Shown piece after piece: positions 1-6,851 of a stretch of 34,046 bases of DNA. How positions within the stretch are numbered: the first letter of the stretch is position 1; every line of letters begins with the position of its first letter. Below the pieces are notes generated by a model. That model was not told the DNA's origin. It saw only the letters and a program-made list of their open reading frames with translations, and did no database searches. The stretch comes from a virus: IMG/VR virus record IMGVR_UViG_3300045988_161943; one strand, given 5' to 3'. The translations under genes and the position numbers were made by a program.

Positions 1-55
1 CCCTCAGTCGGACATGATAGATAACATCCCTTGGCATCGCGCAGGTTGGCACCGC
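1..55. repeat. Terminal redundancy copy 1 (identical to 33992-34046). This is an assembly overlap of a circular or circularly permuted genome.
   Basis: ccctcagtcggacatgatagataacatcccttggcatcgcgcaggttggcaccgc is present at both ends. Confidence 0.9.
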
Positions 56-578
56 GCAGGTAGGCACCGCACAGGTAGGCACCGCACAGGTTGGCACCGC
101 GCAGGTCGGCATCGCGCAGGTAGGCACCGCACAGGTAGGCACCGCACAGGTCGGCACCGCGCAGGTCGGCATCGCACAGGTTGGCACCGCGCAGGTAGGC
201 ATCGCGCAGGTCGGCACCGCGCAGGTCGGCACCGCGCAGGTCGGCACCGCGCAGGTCGGCATCGTACAGGTCGGCATCGCACAGGTCGGCGCCGCGCAGG
301 TCGGCGCCGCGCAGGTCGGCATCGCGCAGGTCGGCACCGCGCAGGTCGGCATCGCGCAGGTCGGCATCGCGCAGGTCGGCATCGCGCAGGTTGGCACCGC
401 GCAGGTTGGCACCGCGCAGGTCGGCATCGCGCAGGTCGGCATCGCGCAGGTTGGCACCGCGCCTAATAGCTTCCAAAACCGTTTCGGTGATTGTGTTTCC
501 CTCTTTCGTGTATTCAAATACGACCGAACCCGTCCAACGGTTGCGGATTTCGATTTTAATCTGTTTCGTTGATTCCAT
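1..578 (-). CDS. Pentapeptide-repeat protein, N-terminal part (first 192 codons). The gene crosses the circular junction and continues 33991->33691, giving a 292-aa product.
   Basis: ATG at 578-576. My translation is MESTKQIKIEIRNRWTGSVVFEYTKEGNTITETVLEAIRR followed by 28 x [G/D]A[D/N/Y]L[R/C/Y]. There is no in-frame stop down to nt 1. The phase joins 33991 exactly (578+301=879 nt=293 codons). It is missing from the ORF track because it runs off the window edge. Confidence 0.85.
   Translation of the reverse strand, partial: MESTKQIKIEIRNRWTGSVVFEYTKEGNTITETVLEAIRRGANLRDADLRDADLRGANLRGANLRDADLRDADLRDADLRGADLRDADLRGADLRGADLCDADLYDADLRGADLRGADLRGADLRDAYLRGANLCDADLRGADLCGAYLCGAYLRDADLRGANLCGAYLCGAYLRGANLRDAKGCYLSCPTE
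39..458. repeat. Tandem array of 28 x 15-nt units (gc[g/a]caggt[c/t/a]ggc[a/g][c/t]c). This is the coding repeat of the pentapeptide protein.
   Basis: I counted the units one by one: 28 consecutive in-register 15-mers with variation confined to about 4 positions. Confidence 0.95.
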
Positions 579-951
579 TGTGGTAAATTTGTTTATCCGG
601 ATTCATGTATTGATTTGCGGCAGCAATAGCATCTTCGAGCGTGCGAACTACAACATACTTGTTCCCCGCAGTCTCAAAGGACTCTTGCCATCTTCTCTGT
701 ACGGCACTCTGACGACTGCCCTTTCCCTGTGTCTTGAACTCCAAACCGAGCGATCCATACTTGCCCCTCGGAACGAGCAGAAGCAAATCCGCAGCACCGG
801 CCGTCATACCTTCGGCCTTCATGATTGCGGCTTCGGTCTTACTCCGGAGTCCGCCGTTCGGAACACTCGTCAGACATAGTGCATAGGACGGATATTGCAT
901 CCGGAACCAGCGGACGAACGACTGTTGTATACGAGATTCAACGTGCCTCAT
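556..951 (-). CDS. VRR-NUC family (PD-(D/E)xK) nuclease.
   Basis: Contains ...VPNGG...GMTAGAADLLLLVPRGKYGSLGLEFKTQGKGSRQSAVQRRW..., which fits the VRR-NUC pattern (G.pDl..., ExK, Q..w). I chose the start at 951 because of the ATGA overlap with the stop of the upstream gene (948-951 = tcat). Confidence 0.75.
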   Translation of the reverse strand: MRHVESRIQQSFVRWFRMQYPSYALCLTSVPNGGLRSKTEAAIMKAEGMTAGAADLLLLVPRGKYGSLGLEFKTQGKGSRQSAVQRRWQESFETAGNKYVVVRTLEDAIAAANQYMNPDKQIYHNGINETD

Positions 952-1535
952 TTGCGCAGACTGTTTCCATTGAACGCAACACGATAGCACAGGTATTTAA
1001 TACGGTCATATATCCGGTCACCATAGCGTTCCTTGATGCCTTCACCCGACAGATTTGAGGAAGCTATAACCATCCGATCGGGGTTATCCTGCACCTTGTT
1101 CACGATCTCGACTACCACATTCCGGCGTGTACCGAATTCGACGCGATCCACCTCTACACCTATATCGTCCAATGCGATGAACTTGCGTTTTAATACCTCG
1201 TCGATACATACGTCCTGCGCTCCGCAGTCCACGACCGTAACGATTCGATTAGCGAACTTGCGCAACAGCATGGGAATGGCGTAGCGGGTTATCAGGGATT
1301 TTCCGCGTCCGCAATTACCGAACAGCAAAAGTCCCTTACCGTTGCTATCCGACAACCACGCTGCAACCTTGTCGTATTCGGGAAGCCATACCAATCGTTC
1401 TCCCATTGCCGACAGCACAGTAACCAGCGCGTTTTTCAATTCCGTCCGCGCATCGGGTATCCGAAACCGGAAGCGTGCGCATGGAGCCGGATTACCCTCA
1501 GTTTGTAGTTGTTTGAGTATTTCTTCGTAAGACAT
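948..1535 (-). CDS. DnaC/IstB-like AAA+ ATPase (helicase loader).
   Basis: Walker A GNCGRGKS and Walker B FIALDDIG. It sits directly after the replication initiator gene. Confidence 0.75.
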   Translation of the reverse strand: MSYEEILKQLQTEGNPAPCARFRFRIPDARTELKNALVTVLSAMGERLVWLPEYDKVAAWLSDSNGKGLLLFGNCGRGKSLITRYAIPMLLRKFANRIVTVVDCGAQDVCIDEVLKRKFIALDDIGVEVDRVEFGTRRNVVVEIVNKVQDNPDRMVIASSNLSGEGIKERYGDRIYDRIKYLCYRVAFNGNSLRK

Positions 1536-1537
1536 AT

Positions 1538-2413
1538 TCAGAATTCATCATAATGTTGAGTCGGTTTTGCATGGTAGGTCGTAGCCGGATGCCGAGTGTT
1601 CGAACGGGGCAACGACGTTTCATTACGCCGACGCGCCCAATTCAGAAATGTCAGATAGGCCGAACGATTGCGTTTCAGCAAGGGTTCGTAGTTATGCATC
1701 GCGCGCAATAGGTCGCAGATGAAGTCAAGAGCATAAGCCTCTTTTAAAGCCGAGAATTGCGCCTCGGAAAAAGGCTCTTTCATTTTCGCGACTCGCGGTG
1801 CATTTTCCGAAATCCATTGTTGAAACTCCAAGAACTCGCGGGAGGGGGTGCCGCGGAACTGGGGGAGGGTGTTGGAGGAGTCAGTTACCTCTGCCTTCTC
1901 CGAGAAGGGCGGTAGTACGACTATCTCCCCATTAGGGGGATTATAGGGGGTAATATTATTCTTGTCTAGTCTATCTTCTATACAAGAAGTATCGCCTTCG
2001 TTTTGGCTTCGTTTTTGGCTTCGTTTTTGGCTCCGTTTTTGGCTCCGTTTTTGGCTCCGTTTTTGGCTCATGTTTTGGCTCATATTTAAGCCAATTGAGC
2101 CATTTGAAACGATGCCTGATTCGGGATTCGGTTCTTCAACGAATGAAAAAGCTGTGCGGTTCCCCTTCCCGCGTCCTCCCGTTATGATATGTAACAGACC
2201 CGCTTGCTCCAATCGGTTTTTTGCTCTCGAAATTGCATTGCGTGACGCCCCTACATTCTCGGACAGCCTTCTGTCGGAATGCGTGAAGCTATTCGGCCAG
2301 CCTAACCGATTCGCTTGTTCTACAAGGTAGAAGTAAAGCCTCGATTCACAGCAGCCAAATTGCCACGTTGCATCCAATTGCCAAAATTTGCGTATCAGGT
2401 CTATATAGCTCAT
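1538..2413 (-). CDS. Replication initiator / replisome organiser: N-terminal winged-HTH, an SQKR-repeat linker and a DnaD-like C-terminus.
   Basis: MSYIDLIRKFWQLD...NVGASRNAISRAKNRLEQAGLLHI (HTH). The start at 2413 is supported by an ATGA overlap (2410-2413). The ORF-track start at 2500 would overlap the upstream gene by 90 nt. Confidence 0.7.
   Translation of the reverse strand: MSYIDLIRKFWQLDATWQFGCCESRLYFYLVEQANRLGWPNSFTHSDRRLSENVGASRNAISRAKNRLEQAGLLHIITGGRGKGNRTAFSFVEEPNPESGIVSNGSIGLNMSQNMSQKRSQKRSQKRSQKRSQKRSQNEGDTSCIEDRLDKNNITPYNPPNGEIVVLPPFSEKAEVTDSSNTLPQFRGTPSREFLEFQQWISENAPRVAKMKEPFSEAQFSALKEAYALDFICDLLRAMHNYEPLLKRNRSAYLTFLNWARRRNETSLPRSNTRHPATTYHAKPTQHYDEF
1994..2088. repeat. About 8 tandem 12-nt units (ggct[t/c]cgttttt and degenerate ends) inside the initiator gene. 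These are candidate origin iterons.
   Basis: Direct reading gives gccttcgtttt / ggcttcgttttt x2 / ggctccgttttt x3 / ggctcatgtttt / ggctcatattta. An AT-rich stretch at about 1941-1990 lies next to it. Confidence 0.8.
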
Positions 2414-2778
2414 AATCGCATCCTCTCTTTCTCGAAACTTATCATCGTGCGAAGGTTGTCGCATTGGTGCTTGCACGCCGCATTGATCCGATCCAGCCAC
2501 TTTTCAAGGGCATTCAGCTCGGAAGACGCACTGCCGATCAGTTTGTTCGCAAGCGACGGGGAAAGGCTGAGAATAGTCTCTTTCTCGTCGTGAAACAGCT
2601 TGGCCACAGCTGCATCGCGCATTCCGACCACCTCGCTCAGCAACGCCCCGCTGCGAGCATAATATACACCCAGTTGATCCAGCTGCCCCACCATCGAATC
2701 GATGTCGGAAAAAGTCGTACATTCAAGAAGATTCTGGATGTCTCGCGCCTCCCTGCGTATCTGTTCGATCCTTGTCAT
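2410..2778 (-). CDS. Hypothetical protein (122 aa).
   Basis: Intact ORF in the operon, with its stop coupled (ATGA) to the initiator gene. Confidence 0.6.
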   Translation of the reverse strand: MTRIEQIRREARDIQNLLECTTFSDIDSMVGQLDQLGVYYARSGALLSEVVGMRDAAVAKLFHDEKETILSLSPSLANKLIGSASSELNALEKWLDRINAACKHQCDNLRTMISFEKERMRL

Positions 2779-2929
2779 GACGTTTGTTTATTTTCTTCAA
2801 TAACAACCTTCCGCGGCGTAACGCATCCAATTCCTTTGCAGTCAGCAACGTATGCCCGCGGATGCGGGACAGGACGCGGAGGATGCGGAGCGCTTCCCGC
2901 GCCTCCGCATCGGTAATCCGCATATCCAT
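2723..2929 (-). CDS. Hypothetical small protein (68 aa).
   Basis: The ORF starts 3 nt after the stop of the upstream gene. It overlaps the next gene by 56 nt, so the call is uncertain. Confidence 0.4.
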   Translation of the reverse strand: MDMRITDAEAREALRILRVLSRIRGHTLLTAKELDALRRGRLLLKKINKRHDKDRTDTQGGARHPESS

Positions 2930-2931
2930 CG

Positions 2932-3228
2932 TCAGAAGGGAAGATTATCCGTATTATCCGCTACGGGCAAATCGGAGACTTGATCCGGCGTAGGTTCCGC
3001 AGGACGGAAGATAACTGACTTGCCTCGGCCGACATACGTGCGCGCGTCTTTTCGTTCGCGTTCCTCTTTGCTCTGACGGATGAATACGCAGTGCGTATTC
3101 TCGTACTGATCCGGCTGGCGAAGCTCCGAAACGCATATCGAAATGTCCTTCTTGCCGTTTTCGGCGACGAAAATTTTGTCTCTGGGAATATCGCTCACGC
3201 AGAGCGATACATTGATTAAATCTGCCAT
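2932..3228 (-). CDS. Putative small ssDNA-binding protein with an SSB-type C-terminal tip.
   Basis: It ends ...VADNTDNLPF, resembling the acidic D-D-D-I-P-F tip of bacterial SSB. It is located between recombination and replication genes. Confidence 0.45.
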   Translation of the reverse strand: MADLINVSLCVSDIPRDKIFVAENGKKDISICVSELRQPDQYENTHCVFIRQSKEERERKDARTYVGRGKSVIFRPAEPTPDQVSDLPVADNTDNLPF

Positions 3229-3230
3229 TG

Positions 3231-3689
3231 CTACCGTTTTTTGAAGGTTACTTTAAGTGTCGTCTTGCTGCTTCGCGCAGGAGGATAGAAAATTTCGCCC
3301 GTGGCGGGATCCGTCAGGCCGGAGGCCGGCAACGCCCGCAATATCTTCTCCTTCTCCTTGATGTCGGCCATGACCGCATCACGCATTTTGTACAGGTCGT
3401 CCAAAGCCTGGCAATTACAGCCCGAGTAGTCGTACTTGACGCCGGCCTCCACCTCTTCGATCGTACAGTCCGAGGATGTTTTCCCGTGTCCGTATTTAGC
3501 CAGTTCGCGCAACGTAATGTCGCGCACCTCTTCGGACTTCTTGAACAGCTCGATCGCCTTCTCCATGCGGGATATATTCTCGTAAGCGACGAGCGGATCG
3601 ACGTCTCCGCGGGTAACGGCGTCGACGGCGAGCTTCGCCAGCTCCGTGGGGCTGCTCGTCTCGCGTATCAATACAGGTTGTGTGTTCAT
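3231..3689 (-). CDS. Hypothetical protein (152 aa), in the recombination module.
   Basis: Intact ORF, with an ATGA overlap (3686-3689) with the Rad52-like gene. Confidence 0.6.
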   Translation of the reverse strand: MNTQPVLIRETSSPTELAKLAVDAVTRGDVDPLVAYENISRMEKAIELFKKSEEVRDITLRELAKYGHGKTSSDCTIEEVEAGVKYDYSGCNCQALDDLYKMRDAVMADIKEKEKILRALPASGLTDPATGEIFYPPARSSKTTLKVTFKKR

Positions 3690-4360
3690 ATTTTCTGCTG
3701 TTTACTGTTTAGATATTCGTCGTAAAATTTGGCGAAGACTACCGCCGTCATAGCGTCCGCATCGTAAGTGCGACGAAGGAAGGCGATGACATCGAATTTC
3801 GTCGGGTCTTTGACCGTCGTACTGCCCTTGTACGCCCAGCGCATGAACTGATCGCGCAAGACCGGATCGCTCAGCATATCGGCCGTGATCCGTTTCTTCG
3901 GAGCTGCCTGCACGGCTGCGGCAGCCGGTATCGGGTCGGGAGCAGCCGGCAGGCGTTGCACGGAGCTCTGAGGTGGCGCCCCCGCGCCGGTCTGTCTGCC
4001 CTTGAATACCTCGGCTCCGATACCCAACCAGGAACAAACCTTCGTCAGCGCATCCGTGGTCGCTCCCTTGCAGGCGTCGCCCAGATCGGCGTTATCGTTG
4101 CCGCCAAAACACTCGTAATAGATGCCGTATTCAGGTATCGAAAAACGTAGCTTGACGACGACCATGCGCTCGGAACGTTCGACGATCTCCGTCTCCACAC
4201 GCCATGAGCCTACGCCGAAAACCTCGTTGAGCCGTTCCGTTACATAAATCGACTTGATAGACGACAGGAACTTCTTCGTCGGATGCTGCGAGACGGCTTC
4301 ATCGGGAAGACGTCGATCCAATGCCGCCTTCTGTTCGGGGGTGATAGTTCGTGTTTTCAT
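3686..4360 (-). CDS. Rad52/Rad22-family single-strand annealing protein.
   Basis: Contains ...ECFGGNDNADLGDACKGATTDALTKVCSWLGIGAEVF..., which matches the conserved Rad52-type motif (..AeSDAlKR...fGiG..ly). Confidence 0.75.
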   Translation of the reverse strand: MKTRTITPEQKAALDRRLPDEAVSQHPTKKFLSSIKSIYVTERLNEVFGVGSWRVETEIVERSERMVVVKLRFSIPEYGIYYECFGGNDNADLGDACKGATTDALTKVCSWLGIGAEVFKGRQTGAGAPPQSSVQRLPAAPDPIPAAAAVQAAPKKRITADMLSDPVLRDQFMRWAYKGSTTVKDPTKFDVIAFLRRTYDADAMTAVVFAKFYDEYLNSKQQKI

Positions 4361-4363
4361 AGC

Positions 4364-4531
4364 CTACTCCTCCTCGACTATTCGATGCGTGAACTTCTTC
4401 GCATCGAGATGGCGCATCATGTACGCGATCTCTTTGCGTATCTCGTGCGTCCGCAACTTGCGGCTCCAACTCCCCGACGCTACAATATTCGTAGGACGGG
4501 CGATCTCGTAGATTTCGATTCTCGTTTTCAT
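4364..4531 (-). CDS. Small hypothetical protein (55 aa), not in the ORF track.
   Basis: My translation is MKTRIEIYEIARPTNIVASGSWSRKLRTHEIRKEIAYMMRHLDAKKFTHRIVEEE*. It fills the gap between 4360 and 4546 without overlaps, unlike the listed 88-aa ORF 4299..4565. Confidence 0.5.
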   Translation of the reverse strand: MKTRIEIYEIARPTNIVASGSWSRKLRTHEIRKEIAYMMRHLDAKKFTHRIVEEE

Positions 4532-4545
4532 GTGTGACAGATTGG

Positions 4546-4965
4546 TTAGTTGAGTTGCTTTTCAAGGATTATTGCATAGTCCGGATATTCTCGGCCATAT
4601 TGGTCATATACCACGCGAACGTATACCCTGTCGCCCGTGTATTCGGCGTAGCGCTCCACGCTGCCGTCGTCGTGGCTGCCGCCGATACTCGATTCGTATT
4701 CCGCGTAGAAATCGACCGAAGCCGTCAGACCTCTATATTCAACCTCGCAGGTTCCGGATTCCAGCCCGAGATCATGGGTGATCGCTTCGTTAATCTGTCT
4801 GGCGAACTCTTGCAGTTCGGAAGGAACGAGATGTATTTTCGGTTCCTCGATACCGCAGACCACCACAATCGGCTCGTCTTTCGACTTCGTGTGCAGGTCA
4901 TACCCGTAACGGGCCGGTACACTCAAACTCGGATAAACCGCGTATTCTTCTTTTGGCGTTTTCAT
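4546..4965 (-). CDS. Hypothetical protein (139 aa).
   Basis: Intact ORF with protein-like composition. Confidence 0.6.
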   Translation of the reverse strand: MKTPKEEYAVYPSLSVPARYGYDLHTKSKDEPIVVVCGIEEPKIHLVPSELQEFARQINEAITHDLGLESGTCEVEYRGLTASVDFYAEYESSIGGSHDDGSVERYAEYTGDRVYVRVVYDQYGREYPDYAIILEKQLN

Positions 4966-4971
4966 TCCCTC

Positions 4972-5598
4972 TTAGAATTTTGCATGTTGACGATTGTAGA
5001 TTCTCCGCATGGAGTTCATCAGATCGGGGAACGTCCGGATATACCCCATATCGACCGAGAAAGCCAGTTTGCGTTGCAGGTCGTCCAACGCCCGAAGCTG
5101 ATTCGGCGATGCCGTGTTCCGGATGTCGCGTTCATGCTTGTTGAAGACGATCCAGTTCAAACCCCGCGCAACCTGAGAATAATCCACATCCGGAAGCGCG
5201 GCGATCGACCGTGCAAGTACGTTGTAGTTGTCGCCCGCATGATGCCGGTACTCGATCAGCTGGTCGTAAACGAATTTCACGACTTTAACCTCGAAGCGGG
5301 GATTGAGCCGCATCGCAAACTTCACGAACAGGTACGGGTGCATCCATGTACCGCCGTTGTATTTGCCGCGTGTTTTTAAATATGCCAAATTTGGCACCTT
5401 TAAATTTTCCTCCTCCATCAGCGCCTCGATGAAATCTTTGGTGTTCTGATTTTCAAAGAAGTCCTGTATTCGTTTGTTGCTGTTCTTGGCTTTGTTCCAT
5501 TGCGCAAGCAACGACGTCGCGTTGAACATGCCGTCTCTCGTGCGTTGGTATACCTCGAATTTACCCAGCGGGCGGGTCATGATGACATTGCTTTTCAT
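4972..5598 (-). CDS. KilA-N domain DNA-binding protein.
   Basis: Contains ...FNATSLLAQWNK...KTRGKYNGGTWMHPYLFVKFAMRLNPRF..., typical of KilA-N. Confidence 0.65.
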   Translation of the reverse strand: MKSNVIMTRPLGKFEVYQRTRDGMFNATSLLAQWNKAKNSNKRIQDFFENQNTKDFIEALMEEENLKVPNLAYLKTRGKYNGGTWMHPYLFVKFAMRLNPRFEVKVVKFVYDQLIEYRHHAGDNYNVLARSIAALPDVDYSQVARGLNWIVFNKHERDIRNTASPNQLRALDDLQRKLAFSVDMGYIRTFPDLMNSMRRIYNRQHAKF

Positions 5599-5714
5599 CG
5601 TTCGTTGAAGAATTCGTTAAACTTCCGTTCGAAATATGCTCTGTGCGCGGCCGCAAACCCGTAGGCGGCCAGGATCGCACACGAGAAAAGAACAAGGATC
5701 ACAAGCTCGGCCAT
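5595..5714 (-). CDS. Small single-pass membrane protein (39 aa), not in the ORF track.
   Basis: MAELVILVLFSCAILAAYGFAAAHRAYFERKFNEFFNER*. Its stop overlaps the KilA-N start as ATGA (5595-5598). Confidence 0.45.
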   Translation of the reverse strand: MAELVILVLFSCAILAAYGFAAAHRAYFERKFNEFFNER

Positions 5715-5866
5715 AACATTTGCGGTTCGGAGAGACGTTTGCGCTCTCGATAGATGAACAGATCGTGTTTGCGACGCTGAGTATGTACTCGTTTATACCA
5801 CATGCACCAGAAATAACCGGCCACTCTCTCCCAGAGAGGCGCGGGCTTCAATTCGAATGAATCCAT
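5699..5866 (-). CDS. Small hypothetical protein (55 aa), not in the ORF track.
   Basis: MDSFELKPAPLWERVAGYFWCMWYKRVHTQRRKHDLFIYRERKRLSEPQMLWPSL*. It starts 2 nt after the stop of 5869..6138. Confidence 0.4.
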   Translation of the reverse strand: MDSFELKPAPLWERVAGYFWCMWYKRVHTQRRKHDLFIYRERKRLSEPQMLWPSL

Positions 5867-5868
5867 GA

Positions 5869-6138
5869 CTATCGGTTTTTGTAAAGTTTTTCCAGTGATG
5901 ACAACTGATCCTTAACGCTATGCACCGAGGCAAAACCTCCGGTAATAACGTTGTCGCACCAACGAAAGACGATACTTGCTGCACAGCGGTAGAAATGCGC
6001 AGCAGAGAGCGGATTAGATGTAGTTCCGTGAAGAATGCCGATAAGGTCGGCTTTCGTGAGATGACTGTACGGGTAAGGTACGGATGTAGCCCCGCTACTG
6101 TTCTTCGCGGGTCGGCTACTTTTAACTTGGTCTCGCAT
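5869..6138 (-). CDS. Hypothetical protein (89 aa).
   Basis: Intact ORF downstream of the MTase-like gene. Confidence 0.5.
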   Translation of the reverse strand: MRDQVKSSRPAKNSSGATSVPYPYSHLTKADLIGILHGTTSNPLSAAHFYRCAASIVFRWCDNVITGGFASVHSVKDQLSSLEKLYKNR

Positions 6139-6189
6139 TGTCAGTTAAAAGTTTGTATGTATAGGGCAATAAAAAAGGCGTTGCCCCTA

Positions 6190-6762
6190 TCAGTTTGCGA
6201 GACCGACACGACTACCGTAGTAGAAGTGGACAAAGGGCAACGCTTTATTACAAGCGTTAATAAGCACATAACGGGCTTTGGCCACATTTTCGAGAACATC
6301 CCCATGGAACACTTCTCCCATCATACCGCGAATAGCCATATTCAACAGTAGAATTGGAATCGATCTATCTGAGAGTTCCCAGCATGTGAATATACAGGTG
6401 TGCGGTTTGAAACGCCAAGGCAATTGCTTCGATGCCAGCTCCCACCAATACTGAATAATGAGCCCTCCTGTCCCCGCAGTAGGTTCGTGGATAACACCTT
6501 CGCGCGCACCGGTAAGTTGCGTTTCAAGCATAGAGACCTCCCGAGGTGTGAAATCTTGACCCTTCTTCCGCCGCTCAGATAACTCTTCTTCGTAGACCTC
6601 TTGAAACCAATCGTAGGAAAGATCGCCTGCATGGCAGCGGATAAGTTCGCGAAATACGTCGTCGCGGACTTCCTGATCCCCGAATAGCAGGCTCATGATA
6701 CATTCCGGTAAGGTACGGATATCGTGCGTACCGAAAACCGTGAGAAGTTCGTCTTTTTTCAT
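6190..6762 (-). CDS. N6-adenine DNA-methyltransferase-like protein, N-terminal half only. No NPPY/F catalytic motif is visible.
   Basis: GQDFTPREVSMLE (motif X-like), VIHEPTAGTGGLII (motif I), and ELSDRSIPILLLNMAIRGMMGEVFHGDVLE. It ends ...RYVLINACNKALPFVHFYYGSRVGLAN* where D-x-V-x-x-NPP[YF] would be expected. The start at 6762 (MKKDELL) avoids the tRNA. Confidence 0.6.
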   Translation of the reverse strand: MKKDELLTVFGTHDIRTLPECIMSLLFGDQEVRDDVFRELIRCHAGDLSYDWFQEVYEEELSERRKKGQDFTPREVSMLETQLTGAREGVIHEPTAGTGGLIIQYWWELASKQLPWRFKPHTCIFTCWELSDRSIPILLLNMAIRGMMGEVFHGDVLENVAKARYVLINACNKALPFVHFYYGSRVGLAN

Positions 6763-6780
6763 TTGTTTTTTTTTATTTTG

Positions 6781-6851
6781 TCGCGCCGGCAGGATTCGAA
6801 CCTGCGACTTCACCTCCAAAGGGTGACGTGTTGCCCCTACACCACGGCGCA
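6781..6851 (-). tRNA. tRNA-Gln (anticodon UUG), 71 nt, no encoded CCA.
   Basis: Hand-folded: acceptor UGCGCCG/CGGCGCG (U1-G72 wobble), D arm GUG-UAGGGGCAA-CAC, anticodon arm UCACC-CUUUGGA-GGUGA, T arm GCAGG-UUCGAAU-CCUGC, discriminator A. Confidence 0.85.

Noticed and set aside
39-458. Possible CRISPR array or minisatellite.
   Set aside because: The period is only 15 nt with no unique spacers. The array is in frame with, and fully explained by, a pentapeptide-repeat coding sequence.
4-466. Listed ORFs 14..466 (+, HRAG-repeat) and 4..282 (-, RCRPA-repeat).
   Set aside because: They are alternative frames of the 15-nt tandem array. Only the minus frame starting at 578 gives the canonical A(D/N)LXX pentapeptide pattern, has a proper N-terminal domain, and joins a conserved-looking C-terminal domain across the junction.
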